A DNA stretch of 64,000 bases from Actinomycetota bacterium (GCA_036281075.1 DASUPO010000006.1:9350-73349), one strand, 5' to 3'. Positions 1 to 9,369 are shown, numbered from the stretch's first letter. A program made the numbers and translations. The notes: generated from the sequence alone by a model not told the origin.

Positions 1-671
1 GATCGGGCGCCCAGGGCGCCCGCGGCGCGCCGCGCGAGCGCGGCGACCGCGGCCGCCGTGCGGTCCGCCACGACACCGTCCGCCGGAACGACCGTCTCGG
101 CGCCGCGGGAGCGCCCCTCGACGATCCCGGCGGGGCTGCCCGTCCCGGCCACGACCGCGACGGCGCCGTCGGGACGCACCCGCGCGGTGCCACCCGCGTC
201 GAAGCGGAGGAACGGCTGCACGAGGACGGCGACCCGCACCGAGCCGGGGTCGATCCCCGTCTCGCGTGCTCGCTCCAGGGCGCCGGGCGCGAACACCGAC
301 GCCCAGCATCCGCCGACCGCGGTGGACACGTCGCCCGACTCGACGTCCAGGTAGCTCGCGAACGCGCCGGCCCAACGTCCGTCGTCGTCCAGCGGCGTGG
401 ACGAGCGCACCACCACGGATCCCGACGACCGTCTCCACGCCGCGACGGCATGAACGTGCTCGACCGCGGCAAGGTAGGCGGCGTGCCGCCCCGCCCCCGC
501 CAGCCGGTCCCGACCGGCGGCGATCGCGTCGGCCGACGCGGCGAGTGGCAGCACCCATCCGGGGAGGACCGGGAGACCCGCAGCCGCCGCGGCCGCGAGC
601 CCCGCGGCCTTCGCCCCGACGACCGCGGGGTCCCTGGCCGACGGATCCGCGAGCGCGACGACCTCGACCAC
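1..671 (-). CDS. PEP-utilising enzyme family protein, N-terminal PEP/pyruvate-binding (PPDK_N-like) domain. Only the 5' part is in the window.
   Basis: Own translation of the minus strand from GTG 669-671 gives VVEVVALADPSARDPAVVGAKAAGLAAAAAAGLPVLPGWVLP... It has a G-x-K-A-x-x-L block and high third-position GC. It is absent from the ORF track because it is truncated. It starts 6 nt after the stop of the M24 gene. Confidence 0.5.
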   Translation of the reverse strand, partial: MVEVVALADPSARDPAVVGAKAAGLAAAAAAGLPVLPGWVLPLAASADAIAAGRDRLAGAGRHAAYLAAVEHVHAVAAWRRSSGSVVVRSSTPLDDDGRWAGAFASYLDVESGDVSTAVGGCWASVFAPGALERARETGIDPGSVRVAVLVQPFLRFDAGGTARVRPDGAVAVVAGTGSPAGIVEGRSRGAETVVPADGVVADRTAAAVAALARRAAGALGAR

Positions 672-676
672 CGGCC

Positions 677-1915
677 TCAGCCCGCCAGCGTGATCTCGTC
701 CAGCGGGAACGACGTGATCAGCTCGTGGCCGTCGTCGGTGACGATCAGCATCTCTTCGAGCCGCACGCCGAACTCGTGCACCTTCCCGTGCTGGGTCTCC
801 AACGCGAACACCATGCCTGGCTCGATCTCGATCGGGTGATCCAGGGACCAGATCCGGGAGATCACCGGCGGGTCGTACTGCGCGAGCCCGAGACCGTGGC
901 CCCACAGGTTCGCGGCGGCCTCGTCCTCGTCCTCGTAGCCCCACGTCTCCATCGCGGAGGGCCACTTCGAGGCGATGTCCTTCGTCGTCACGCCCGGCTT
1001 CACGGCCTGGATCGAGTCTCGGAGCCAGACGAGCGCCTCGTCGTAGTACCGCTTCATCTCGTCGGTGGGGGTCCCGCCGACGCAGAAGGTGCGGTAGACG
1101 CACGACTTGAAGCCGTTCCAGGTGAGCGCGGCCACGTCGATGATCACGAGCTCCCCGGGACGGATGATCCGGTCCGAGAAGTTGCGCCAGTTCGGCCACG
1201 CGTTCGGCCCCGAGGACACGATCACGTCCTCGACGTCCTCGACGCCCGGGAACGAGTAGAGGAACTCGAAGCCGTGCGCCGCGACCTGGTTCTCCGTGAG
1301 ACCCGGCCGCAGGTACTGCGACATCTCGTAGTGCAGGGCGTCGCAGATCGAGCCGACGATCCGCGAGCAGTTCTGCTCGTCGACGCTCTTGATCGCGCGG
1401 GCCTCCATCATCGGGGTCATCCCGTCGGTCCACCGGATCCCGGCCTGTTCGAACGACTTCATCATGTTGATGTCGATGAAGTCCACGCCCAGCGGTTCGT
1501 CCAGCACGCCGGCGTCCTCGAGGTCGTTCACTAGGGCCTTCGTGAACTTGTCCACCTGCATCGTCGACGCCGGGCCGGCCGCCCCCTTGATCCACGCGAA
1601 CGAGTGCCGCACGTTCTCCTTCGGCAGCCACGGGGAGTGGGCGCGGATGTGGATCCCGATGTCTCCCTGCTCGTAGAGGATCGGCTCCTTGCCCTCGAGG
1701 ATCACCGCGTAGCGGAGACCCGGCTTCAGCCGGTTCCACCCCGGCGTCAGCGTGGACGTGATGTAGCGCGCGTTCTCGTCGTACATCGTGAGGATCGCAC
1801 CGAGCTCGTGCCGCTTCATCGCCTCTCGGACGCGGGCGAGGCGCCACTCGCGGATCGCCGCCCAATCGATGCCCTGCTTCCATTCGATGTTCGCGTAGCC
1901 GAAGGCTTCCTTCAT
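677..1915 (-). CDS. M24-fold metallohydrolase (creatinase / Xaa-Pro aminopeptidase / DddP-DoeA-like)
   Basis: 412-aa ORF with a creatinase_N-like N-terminus (LGAILTMYDENARYITS) and a pita-bread C-terminal domain (VIIDVAA...GFKSCVYRTF...HGLGL...EPGMVFALE...LEEMLIVT). Confidence 0.8.
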   Translation of the reverse strand: MKEAFGYANIEWKQGIDWAAIREWRLARVREAMKRHELGAILTMYDENARYITSTLTPGWNRLKPGLRYAVILEGKEPILYEQGDIGIHIRAHSPWLPKENVRHSFAWIKGAAGPASTMQVDKFTKALVNDLEDAGVLDEPLGVDFIDINMMKSFEQAGIRWTDGMTPMMEARAIKSVDEQNCSRIVGSICDALHYEMSQYLRPGLTENQVAAHGFEFLYSFPGVEDVEDVIVSSGPNAWPNWRNFSDRIIRPGELVIIDVAALTWNGFKSCVYRTFCVGGTPTDEMKRYYDEALVWLRDSIQAVKPGVTTKDIASKWPSAMETWGYEDEDEAAANLWGHGLGLAQYDPPVISRIWSLDHPIEIEPGMVFALETQHGKVHEFGVRLEEMLIVTDDGHELITSFPLDEITLAG

Positions 1916-1940
1916 CGCGCTCTCCTCCCCTTGGCCGTCG

Positions 1941-3170
1941 TCACGACGTGGCCCGGTCGACGATCGCCGTGAACGCCTCGTCGTCGAGTAGTCCCTTCGT
2001 CTCGAGCGAGCGAGCCTTCACCTCGTCGAGGATCTCCTGCATCTGCTCCTGGCTGGCCGAGCGGCCGATCCGGTCGAGCCCGGCGGCGACGGAGTCGAGC
2101 CCGGATCCCTTGCCCAGCACCAATACCGGCTGGGGCTGACCGACGAGCTCGGGACGGTACGGGAAGGACTCGGTGAGCTCGTCCCCGACGTTGCGGACCC
2201 ACGTCGTGATGATGCCCGACTCGACGTTGTAGAGGCGCTCCCCGACGACGGGCCGGTTCGACGGTTGCGCGACGCCTGCGAGGGACATCACGACCTTCGA
2301 GAGGTCGAAGAACCGCTCCGTGCGGATCCCCGTGTCGAGACCGTACATCGTGAGCAGCGCGAGGACCGTCTCCTCCATCGGGGTGTTCCCGGCGCGCTCA
2401 CCGATGCCGGTCACCGTCGTCTGGATCACCTCGACCCCTTCCGCGACGGCGAGGAGCGTGTTGGCGACCCCGAGACCGAAGTCCATGTGGAAGTGCGTCT
2501 CGAGCGGCACGCCCATCCGTTCTCGCGTCTGCCGGACGAACAGGCGGACGCCGTGGGGCGAGAGGACGCCGAAGGTGTCCACGAGACCGACGGCGTCCAC
2601 GTGGCCGTCGGTCGCGACGCGCTCGAGCAGGTCGAGGTACTCGACCAGCCCCGCGCGCGTCGCGTCGATCGGGAAGAACGAGACGGTGAGCCCGAGCTCG
2701 TGCGCGAGGGCGGTCGCCTCGACGGACGCGTCGATCGCGCGTTGGACCGGCCAACGGTAGGCCTTCTCCACCAGGTGATGGCTGGACGGGATCTCCATCA
2801 CGACCCCATCGACGCCGCAGTCCGCGGCCCGCCTCACGTCGTCGACGATGCAGCGCGAGAACGCGTAGATCTTCGACGGGAGCCCCATCTTCACCATCTC
2901 GCGCACCGCCGCGTCGTCCGCGGGCGAGACCGCCGGGAGGCCCGCCTCGATCCGCGGGACGCCCGCCTCGGCGAGCGCCTCGGCGATCCGGAGCTTGTCG
3001 TCCTTGGTGAAGACGACGCCGGCCTGCTGCTCCCCGTCCCGCAGCGTCACGTCGTGCACCTGGACGGATCCGGGCAGCTGCAGTGACTCCCTGATCTCGG
3101 GGAGGAAGTTCCACGGGCTGGTGAACCAATGATCGGTGTGCCAGGGACCGACATCCGTCTCGGCGCTCAT
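1941..3170 (-). CDS. HMGL-like / pyruvate carboxyltransferase domain protein (isopropylmalate-homocitrate-citramalate synthase family)
   Basis: Contains the VHDVTLRDGEQ motif followed by a TIM-barrel aldolase pattern. I moved the start to ATG 3170 (MSAETDV), which is preceded by GAGGAG. The longer track ORF (to 3236) runs into the AT-rich promoter island. Confidence 0.8.
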   Translation of the reverse strand: MSAETDVGPWHTDHWFTSPWNFLPEIRESLQLPGSVQVHDVTLRDGEQQAGVVFTKDDKLRIAEALAEAGVPRIEAGLPAVSPADDAAVREMVKMGLPSKIYAFSRCIVDDVRRAADCGVDGVVMEIPSSHHLVEKAYRWPVQRAIDASVEATALAHELGLTVSFFPIDATRAGLVEYLDLLERVATDGHVDAVGLVDTFGVLSPHGVRLFVRQTRERMGVPLETHFHMDFGLGVANTLLAVAEGVEVIQTTVTGIGERAGNTPMEETVLALLTMYGLDTGIRTERFFDLSKVVMSLAGVAQPSNRPVVGERLYNVESGIITTWVRNVGDELTESFPYRPELVGQPQPVLVLGKGSGLDSVAAGLDRIGRSASQEQMQEILDEVKARSLETKGLLDDEAFTAIVDRATS

Positions 3171-3234
3171 CGGGCTCCTCTCTTCCATCCCCGAGGCGCG
3201 CAGGGCCCGGGAAGGCGGCGTGAGACCCGCCTGC

Positions 3235-3262
3235 AAGTCTGTGCACTATATACGATTCGGCC
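3235..3262 (-). promoter_or_regulatory. AT-rich island with a -10-like TATAGT-GC (minus orientation, 3245-3250) upstream of the HMGL-like operon
   Basis: aagtctgtgcACTATAtacgattcgg stands out in a GC-rich intergenic region. It has the same TA(G/T)AGT-GC core as the cassette A/B promoters. No convincing -35 was found. Confidence 0.4.
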
Positions 3263-3285
3263 CGGGCCGAACTTCCCGCCGATCG

Positions 3286-3324
3286 TGGACCCGGGCACAA
3301 CGCCGGCTACCATATTCGATATCG
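3286..3324 (+). promoter_or_regulatory. Candidate promoter of the Dabb-amidohydrolase-ureohydrolase operon, followed by the palindrome CGATATCG
   Basis: TGGACC (3286-3291), 16 nt spacer, TACCAT (3308-3313). CGATATCG at 3317-3324. TTG start at 3357. Confidence 0.35.
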
Positions 3325-3356
3325 TGCGTTCTGCAATCGAGTGAGGGGGAGGCGTC

Positions 3357-3653
3357 TTGCTGCGGCACGTAGCGATGTTCAAGTGGAGAGATGGTGTCGG
3401 CGACGAACAGAAGGCGGCGGCACGCGACGCGCTCGCCTCGCTGAAGCAGCAGGTCCCGAGCGTCGTCGAGTACACGGTCGGGTTCGACATCGAACGCAAC
3501 CCGAACAACTGGGACATGGTCTTGGTGGCCGATTTCGAGGACGTCGCCGGCCTGGAGAGCTACTTCGCCGATCCCGTGATGAACGCCGCCTCCGATCTCG
3601 TGGCGTCGGTGACCCAGAAAGAGATCACCGCCCGGGTCCAGTTCCTGTTCTGA
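3357..3653 (+). CDS. Dabb (stress-responsive alpha/beta barrel) domain protein
   Basis: 98 aa, (M)LRHVAMFKWRDG...VEYTVGFD...DMVLVADFEDVAGLESY, a typical Dabb signature. TTG start 6 nt after GAGGGGGAGG. Confidence 0.8.
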   Translation: MLRHVAMFKWRDGVGDEQKAAARDALASLKQQVPSVVEYTVGFDIERNPNNWDMVLVADFEDVAGLESYFADPVMNAASDLVASVTQKEITARVQFLF

Positions 3654-3657
3654 CGCG

Positions 3658-4638
3658 ATGGCCGTCATCGACATCCACAACCACGTCACGCCGCGCCGCT
3701 TCGTCGAGGCGATCGAACGGGACGGCGAATGGCATACGCTGGACGCCGACGTCGGCGAGCTGCATATCCCTGGGTTCTCGATCCCCGCGGAGGAGCGGAT
3801 CGCGGAGATGGACGCGATCGGCGTCGACGTCCACGTCCTCACGGTGAACACGGGGTTCTTCAGATACGACCGCCCGGTCGCCGTCGCCCGGGCGATCGCC
3901 GACGAGTGCAACGACGAGCTGTCACAGATGATGCGCGCCCATCCCGATAGGTTCATGGGACTCGCGTCGATCCCGCTGCAGGACGTGCCCGCCGCGATCG
4001 AGGTGATGGAGCACGCGATGGTTGCGATGGGGTTCAAGGGGATCACGATCGGCGACCACGTCGACGGCGTGACGCTCGACGATCCTCGCTTCCGACCGTT
4101 CTGGGCCGCCGTGGAGCAGCTCGAAGCGGTTGTGTTCTTCCACCAGTGCGCCGCCACGGTGGTCGAAGGCCGGACCACCCGCTACGGCCTCCCGAACGTG
4201 ATCGGCAACCTTGTCGAGCGGGCGATCACGTTCGGCACGCTCGTCTACGGGGGTGTGATGGACCGCTACCCGGACCTGAAGCTCTGCCTCGGCCACGCGG
4301 GCGGCTACACGGCGTTCGGGATCGCTCGGATGGACAAGGGTTGGACTGCAGGGGCGATGGAGAACATGCCGGAGTTCGAGGACGCGAGGACGTTCCTGGA
4401 GCGGGCGCCGAGCGAGTACGTGAGCCGCTTCTGGTACGACTCGTGCACGTACACCGAGTCCACGCTCCGCTACCTGCTCGACGTCGTGGGCAGCGATCGC
4501 GTTGTCCTGGGCACCGACTACCCCGCTCCGATGATGGAGCCGGATCCGGTCCGTTGGATCGAGTCGATGACGAGCCTGAGCGCCGAGGAGAAAGAGGCCG
4601 TCCTCTCGACGAATCCGGGCCGCCTGCTCGGGCTCTAG
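3658..4638 (+). CDS. Amidohydrolase_2 (ACMSD-type metal-dependent hydrolase/decarboxylase)
   Basis: MAVIDIHNHV start, then ...LGHAGG...GTDYP, typical of PF04909-type enzymes. It begins 4 nt after the Dabb stop. Confidence 0.85.
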   Translation: MAVIDIHNHVTPRRFVEAIERDGEWHTLDADVGELHIPGFSIPAEERIAEMDAIGVDVHVLTVNTGFFRYDRPVAVARAIADECNDELSQMMRAHPDRFMGLASIPLQDVPAAIEVMEHAMVAMGFKGITIGDHVDGVTLDDPRFRPFWAAVEQLEAVVFFHQCAATVVEGRTTRYGLPNVIGNLVERAITFGTLVYGGVMDRYPDLKLCLGHAGGYTAFGIARMDKGWTAGAMENMPEFEDARTFLERAPSEYVSRFWYDSCTYTESTLRYLLDVVGSDRVVLGTDYPAPMMEPDPVRWIESMTSLSAEEKEAVLSTNPGRLLGL

Positions 4639-4675
4639 CCTCCCGGGAGCACCCCGGACGGAGGAGGAGGCAGCG

Positions 4676-5641
4676 ATGGACGTGCGCTTCACCGAGCAGG
4701 GGGACTTCGTGGGTCCGCCGGACGGCCGCGAGTTCCCGCGCTTCATGGGTCCGGGCACGTTCGCGCGGTTGCCCAGGCCCGACCAGGTCGAGCGGTGGGA
4801 CGTCGGCCTCGTCGGGGTGCCGTTCGACATCGGCACGAGCTATCGACCCGGCGCGCGGTTCGGGCCGGACGGGATCAGGCATGCCTCCCGCACGATCAGG
4901 AACTGGCACCCGGACCTCGGGGTCGCGCCGTTCGGCAGCCAGCAGGTCGTGGACGCGGGCGACGTCGCGTGCAGCACGTACGTGATCGACGACGCGATCA
5001 AGGCGATCGGCGCGGCCGCGGACGAGTTGACGGCCGACGGGCGGCGGATCGTCGCGCTGGGCGGCGATCACACGATCGCCTATCCTCTGCTCCGGTCCGC
5101 ACATCGACGGCACGGCGAGCTCGCCCTCGTCCATTTCGACGCGCACGTGGACACCTACGACACGTACATGGGCGCCCCCTACACGCACGGGACGCCGTTC
5201 CGACGGGCCGCCGAGGAACGCCTGTTCGCCAGGGACCACTCGATGCACGTTGGCATCCGCGGCTCGAAATACGGGCCGGAGGACCTCGAGGAGGACGCCG
5301 GGTTCGGATTCCGCGTGCTCGGCACCTGGGACATCGATCGGATCGGGATCGACGGGTACGTCGAGCGGATCCGGGAGCGGATCGGCGCCGTCCCCCTCTA
5401 CCTCTCGATCGACATCGACGTGCTCGATCCGTCGTGCGCGCCGGCAACGGGGACGCCCGAGGTCGGCGGCTTCACGACCCGCGAGCTCCTGGGCATCCTC
5501 CGCGGGCTCCGGGGCGCGCAGCTGGTCGGCGCAGACGTCGTGGAGGTCGCCCCGGCCTACGACCACGCCGAGATCACGGCGATCGCCGCGGCGAACCTCG
5601 TCTACGAGATCGTCTCGCTGATGGCTCCGACGGGCGCCTGA
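4676..5641 (+). CDS. Ureohydrolase (agmatinase / guanidinobutyrase-guanidinopropionase family)
   Basis: Arginase-fold Mn motifs are present: GGDHTIAYP, HFDAHVDTYD, SIDIDVLDP. Confidence 0.85.
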   Translation: MDVRFTEQGDFVGPPDGREFPRFMGPGTFARLPRPDQVERWDVGLVGVPFDIGTSYRPGARFGPDGIRHASRTIRNWHPDLGVAPFGSQQVVDAGDVACSTYVIDDAIKAIGAAADELTADGRRIVALGGDHTIAYPLLRSAHRRHGELALVHFDAHVDTYDTYMGAPYTHGTPFRRAAEERLFARDHSMHVGIRGSKYGPEDLEEDAGFGFRVLGTWDIDRIGIDGYVERIRERIGAVPLYLSIDIDVLDPSCAPATGTPEVGGFTTRELLGILRGLRGAQLVGADVVEVAPAYDHAEITAIAAANLVYEIVSLMAPTGA

Positions 5642-5656
5642 GCCGGTGGCTCAGGC
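5636..5656. terminator. Bidirectional stem-loop between convergent genes; both stop codons sit in the stem
   Basis: GCCTGAGCC-ggt-GGCTCAGGC is a perfect 9-bp stem. TGA 5639-5641 (+) and TCA 5651-5653 (the minus-strand stop) lie in opposite arms. No U-tract. Confidence 0.5.
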
Positions 5657-6463
5657 GGGCTCGCCGCCCGCCTCCTCGGCGGCGGCGAGCTCGGCGATCC
5701 GCGGGTCGACGTCTCGCCGCTCGCGCTCCATCTCTTCGAACACCTCGAGGATCCTCGACTGCATCGTCGAGACGGCGGGGTCGGTCTGGAGGCGCGGGTA
5801 GGGCAGGTCGACGGGGAGGTCCGCGTAGTTCTTCCCCCCGTACGCCACGATGATGATCCGGCTCGAGAGCTGCACGGCCTCGAGCACGTCGTGCGTCACG
5901 AACAGCACCGTCTTCTTCGTCTGCTCCCAGATCGATTGGAGCTCCTCGCGCAGGGTCCGCGCCGTGATCGCGTCGAGGTGGCTGAACGGCTCGTCCATGA
6001 GGAGGAGGTCGGGCTCGACCGAGAAGGCGCGGGCGATGCCGACGCGCTGCTGCATCCCCCCGGAGAGATGGGCGGGGTACATGTGCTCGAAGCCTTCCAG
6101 GCCCACCATCTCGAGGTACCGAGAGATCCGAGCTCGCGTCGCGTCGTTCTTCTCACGGTGGACGTAGAGCAGATTGCTCATCACCGTGCGCCACGGCAGG
6201 AGCCGCGGGTCCTGGAAGACGTAGCCGAGCTTCGCCGGGCCGCCGTCGTCGGCCGTCACCGTCACCGAGCCGGACGAGGGCGTCTCGATCCCGGACACGA
6301 TGTTCAGGAACGTGCTCTTGCCACAACCGGACGGACCCACCATGGAGACGAACGTTTGACCGCCCAACTCGAAGTCGAGTCCGTCGAGCGCGCGAACCGT
6401 GGGCTGATGCTTCGTCGGCGGCGGGAACTCCTTCACGACCGTCGAGGCCCTCAGGATCGCCAT
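5651..6463 (-). CDS. ABC transporter ATP-binding protein, NitT/TauT family (cassette A)
   Basis: Walker A GPSGCGKST, FQDPRLLPW, signature LSGGMQQR, Walker B LLLMDEPFSHLD. Start moved to ATG 6463 (MAILRAS) behind GGGAGG. Confidence 0.9.
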   Translation of the reverse strand: MAILRASTVVKEFPPPTKHQPTVRALDGLDFELGGQTFVSMVGPSGCGKSTFLNIVSGIETPSSGSVTVTADDGGPAKLGYVFQDPRLLPWRTVMSNLLYVHREKNDATRARISRYLEMVGLEGFEHMYPAHLSGGMQQRVGIARAFSVEPDLLLMDEPFSHLDAITARTLREELQSIWEQTKKTVLFVTHDVLEAVQLSSRIIIVAYGGKNYADLPVDLPYPRLQTDPAVSTMQSRILEVFEEMERERRDVDPRIAELAAAEEAGGEPA

Positions 6464-6482
6464 CTCGCCCGGCCTCCCACGC

Positions 6483-7343
6483 CTACCCCTTCGCCCCGAA
6501 CGAGGCGATCGAACCACGCCACGCGTGGACCCGGCGGTCGATCCGCTCGATCACGCCCCGGTCGATCGCGATCACGACGACGAGCACGACGATGCCCCAC
6601 GCCATCAGCCCGTTGTAGTCGGCAGCGGACTGGTACCAGTCGCGAGCGCGGAAGCCCGCCCCCTCGTTGCTGCCGAACCACTCCACGAGGACCACGCAGC
6701 CCCACGCCGCGATGATCGACAACCGGATCCCCGCGATCAGTGCCCCCGCCATCGACGGGAGGATCAGGTCCTTCGCCCGGGACGGCCCCGGGATGTCGTA
6801 GGCGTCGGACATGTCGCGGAGCTCGCGCGGGATCGCGAGCGTCCCCTGGAGGACGTGCACGATCAGCCCGGGAGTCGCCGACACCACCGCGCAGAACACG
6901 GGCGCCCGCACGCCGAACCCGAACCACATCACGCCCAGCAGGGCCCACATGTACGCGGGCAACGCGATCCCGACCGTGACGAGGTCCGTGAAGAACGCCT
7001 GGAAACGCCACCAGCGACCCATCGCGTACCCCACGGGGATCCCGATCAACACGACGAACACGAGCGCGATCGCCGTCCTCGTGAGGCTGATCCAGAGATT
7101 CTGGACTAGCTCGTTGTTCCAGACGCTCCACGGCTCGCCGCCGAACGGCTCCTGGAACTCGCGAACGAGGATCTCGAACGTCTGGATCGGCGTCGGGAAC
7201 CGGGCGCTGAGGATCCCTGCGAGCTGCCAGAGCAGCAGCAAGGCGAGCCGCGACGTCCACCTCGCCACGCGGTCGCGGCGGAGGAAGGCCCACACACGAC
7301 TCGCCCAGCCGGTCTCGGCGACGGTCAGCGTCCCTACGGCCAC
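6483..7343 (-). CDS. ABC transporter permease 2 (cassette A)
   Basis: BPD_transp_1-type multi-TM protein. GTG 7343 is preceded by GAGGAG. The track ORF extends artificially over the upstream permease. Confidence 0.85.
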   Translation of the reverse strand: MAVGTLTVAETGWASRVWAFLRRDRVARWTSRLALLLLWQLAGILSARFPTPIQTFEILVREFQEPFGGEPWSVWNNELVQNLWISLTRTAIALVFVVLIGIPVGYAMGRWWRFQAFFTDLVTVGIALPAYMWALLGVMWFGFGVRAPVFCAVVSATPGLIVHVLQGTLAIPRELRDMSDAYDIPGPSRAKDLILPSMAGALIAGIRLSIIAAWGCVVLVEWFGSNEGAGFRARDWYQSAADYNGLMAWGIVVLVVVIAIDRGVIERIDRRVHAWRGSIASFGAKG

Positions 7344-7354
7344 GATCCCACTCC

Positions 7355-8245
7355 TCAATACCTCAGGACGTCCTCGCCCCGCTTCAACCGGTAGCGGAAC
7401 ACGAACCGCTCCAGTCGCATCAGCACGACGCGTTCGATCAGCACCACGAACAGGACGAAGAACATCATCCACGCGAGCATGTCGGTCACCGAGAACCCCT
7501 GGAACGCCTTGCGGATCTGGACGCCGACGCCGGTCGTGCCCCCGAACGTCTCGGCGAGCGCGGCGAGCTTCCAGGAGGCAGCGAACGACGCGCGCGCGGA
7601 GGCGAACAGGAACGGAGCGAACGATGGGATCACGATGTCCCGCATCGCGGCCGACGTCGGCATCCCGTACGCCCTGCTCATCGACAGGAGGTTCCGGTCG
7701 ACACCTTCCACGCCGGCGGCGACGTTGAGCGAGATCACCGGCAGCACGAGGAGCATCACAACGAACGCCGGGCCCGCGTCACCGATCCCGAACAGCAGGA
7801 GCCCGAGGATCGCGTAGACGATCAGCGGGACGTTCGCCGCCAGGTAGACGAAGTCGAAGAAGAAGTTCTTCGCGTATCGGTAGCGGCCCATCAGGATCCC
7901 GATCGGGACGCCGATGACGACGGCTCCCGCGAACCCGATGAGTGTCTTGCGGAGCGTGTCCCAGAAGTTCACGAAGACGAACCCCGCGGGGATCCCCTGT
8001 GCCTCGTCGCCGAAGGTGTACGCACCCATCTGATCGAGCACGGCCGCGGGACTCGGCAAAAGGTTGAACTCCGTCCTCTGGAACCCCGAGGCGAGCTGCC
8101 ACACGAGAAGGGCCGTGGCGGCGCCGAGGAGCGAGTACGCCGTCGCCTTCCACCGGATGCTCGGGGTCCGCCTGGTCGCGTCCAGGCGGACCGCCGTCGT
8201 CGACTCGCCCTCCGGGATCTCGGTGACGGTGGGGGTCCCCATCAC
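7355..8245 (-). CDS. ABC transporter permease 1 (cassette A)
   Basis: 296-aa multi-TM ORF with a permease EAA-loop region (SMSRAYGMPTSAAMRDIVIPS). Confidence 0.85.
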   Translation of the reverse strand: MMGTPTVTEIPEGESTTAVRLDATRRTPSIRWKATAYSLLGAATALLVWQLASGFQRTEFNLLPSPAAVLDQMGAYTFGDEAQGIPAGFVFVNFWDTLRKTLIGFAGAVVIGVPIGILMGRYRYAKNFFFDFVYLAANVPLIVYAILGLLLFGIGDAGPAFVVMLLVLPVISLNVAAGVEGVDRNLLSMSRAYGMPTSAAMRDIVIPSFAPFLFASARASFAASWKLAALAETFGGTTGVGVQIRKAFQGFSVTDMLAWMMFFVLFVVLIERVVLMRLERFVFRYRLKRGEDVLRY

Positions 8246-8279
8246 GCTCCCGCCGTCCGGGACCGGGTGCCCGCCCCGA

Positions 8280-9329
8280 TCACGGCAGGCTGCAGCTCTC
8301 CTCTCCGCTCTCCGGGTCGACGCAGACGTGGATCGGCCCCTCCTGCCCCTCCGGCACGAGGCCGGCGTCGGCCAGGAGGTCCGTCACCTGGAGCTCGCCC
8401 TCGATCCAGGTTTCGTCCAGGTAGACGGTGTCCACGAACTCGTTGAACTGCGTCTCGTACCAGTTCTTCAGGAACTCGAGCTCCTCGGGGGTCTGGTAGC
8501 CGAAGTCCTCTGGGTAGGCATCGAGGATCGCGTCGCGGTTCGTCTCCCACTCCTGCAGGCCGCGATCCCAGACCTCCAGGAAGAACGCGACCTCTTCCGG
8601 ATGCTCGTCGTACCAGCTCTTGAGCACCACGAAGTTGTTGCTGTTCATCCCCTCGTGACCCGGGACGTACTCCTCGCCGTAGAGCTGCGACGCCGACTTG
8701 GCGTCGTACAGGCCGGCGACGCTTCCGTCCATCAGAGCCGCATTCGCGTTGTAGATCGACGTGACGCCCGCACACAGTTCCCCACTCTGCACGAGGTCCA
8801 CCGCGGTGTTGAAGTCCGTGATCGCCATCTGGATGTCGTCCGGGCCCTCTCCGATCGTTCGGCCGTGGAGGTCCTGCGCCAGCGCCTGCCAGACGATCGT
8901 GGAGCCACTGAAGGACTCGACGCCGAGCTTGCAACCGGGCTCCAGGTCATCGAACGTCTCGTAGCCCGAGTCGGCCTTGACGATGATGATGTCCTTGGCC
9001 TTGTTGTACTTGCCGATCGTCACGGTCTCGACGTCGCTCTCGGCCTCGAGGACCGGCGTCTCGTAGCTGCCGGTCGACACGATGTCGGCGTGCCCGCCCG
9101 CGAAGAACGCGAACTCGTCCTCGGACTCGTTGCGCTCGATGTGGAAGCCGGACTCCTCTTCCATCTCGGCCAGGATCCCTTCGTCCTCGAGCCAGTTCCA
9201 GACCGGGTCGGGTGAGAAGACGAAGCGCATCGTGCCGCCCTCGCCGTCACTCCCGGAGTCCCCGTTCCCACCGCACGCGGCGAGCACGAACAGCATCATC
9301 GCCGCAGCAACGACCGAAAGACGACGCAT
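8280..9329 (-). CDS. ABC substrate-binding lipoprotein, NMT1/TauA-like (cassette A)
   Basis: Signal peptide plus lipobox (MRRLSVVAAAMMLFVLAACGG). It shares the blocks RF.F.PDP and AGGH.D.VS with the three other binding proteins. ATG 9329 follows GAGGAGGG. Confidence 0.85.
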   Translation of the reverse strand: MRRLSVVAAAMMLFVLAACGGNGDSGSDGEGGTMRFVFSPDPVWNWLEDEGILAEMEEESGFHIERNESEDEFAFFAGGHADIVSTGSYETPVLEAESDVETVTIGKYNKAKDIIIVKADSGYETFDDLEPGCKLGVESFSGSTIVWQALAQDLHGRTIGEGPDDIQMAITDFNTAVDLVQSGELCAGVTSIYNANAALMDGSVAGLYDAKSASQLYGEEYVPGHEGMNSNNFVVLKSWYDEHPEEVAFFLEVWDRGLQEWETNRDAILDAYPEDFGYQTPEELEFLKNWYETQFNEFVDTVYLDETWIEGELQVTDLLADAGLVPEGQEGPIHVCVDPESGEESCSLP

Positions 9330-9369
9330 CCCGACCCTCCTCTGTCGAGCCGACCTCCCGAGGTCCCGC

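Noticed and set aside
3235-3243. The 9-mer AAGTCTGTG shared between the 3.2-kb and 23.36-kb (23360-23368) AT-rich islands, considered as a common operator half-site.
   Set aside because: The 9-mer sits on opposite sides of the AT block in the two regions. By rough estimate, a single 9-mer match among the compared spacers has about a 10% chance expectation. The evidence is insufficient.
8242-8934. Alternative-frame ORFs inside the binding-protein and permease genes (for example 8242..8934, 8064..9215, 14773..15798, 25476..26495).
   Set aside because: They are antisense or out of frame to the lipoprotein genes, which have a signal peptide, a lipobox and blocks conserved across four paralogues. 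Their composition is typical of shadow ORFs.
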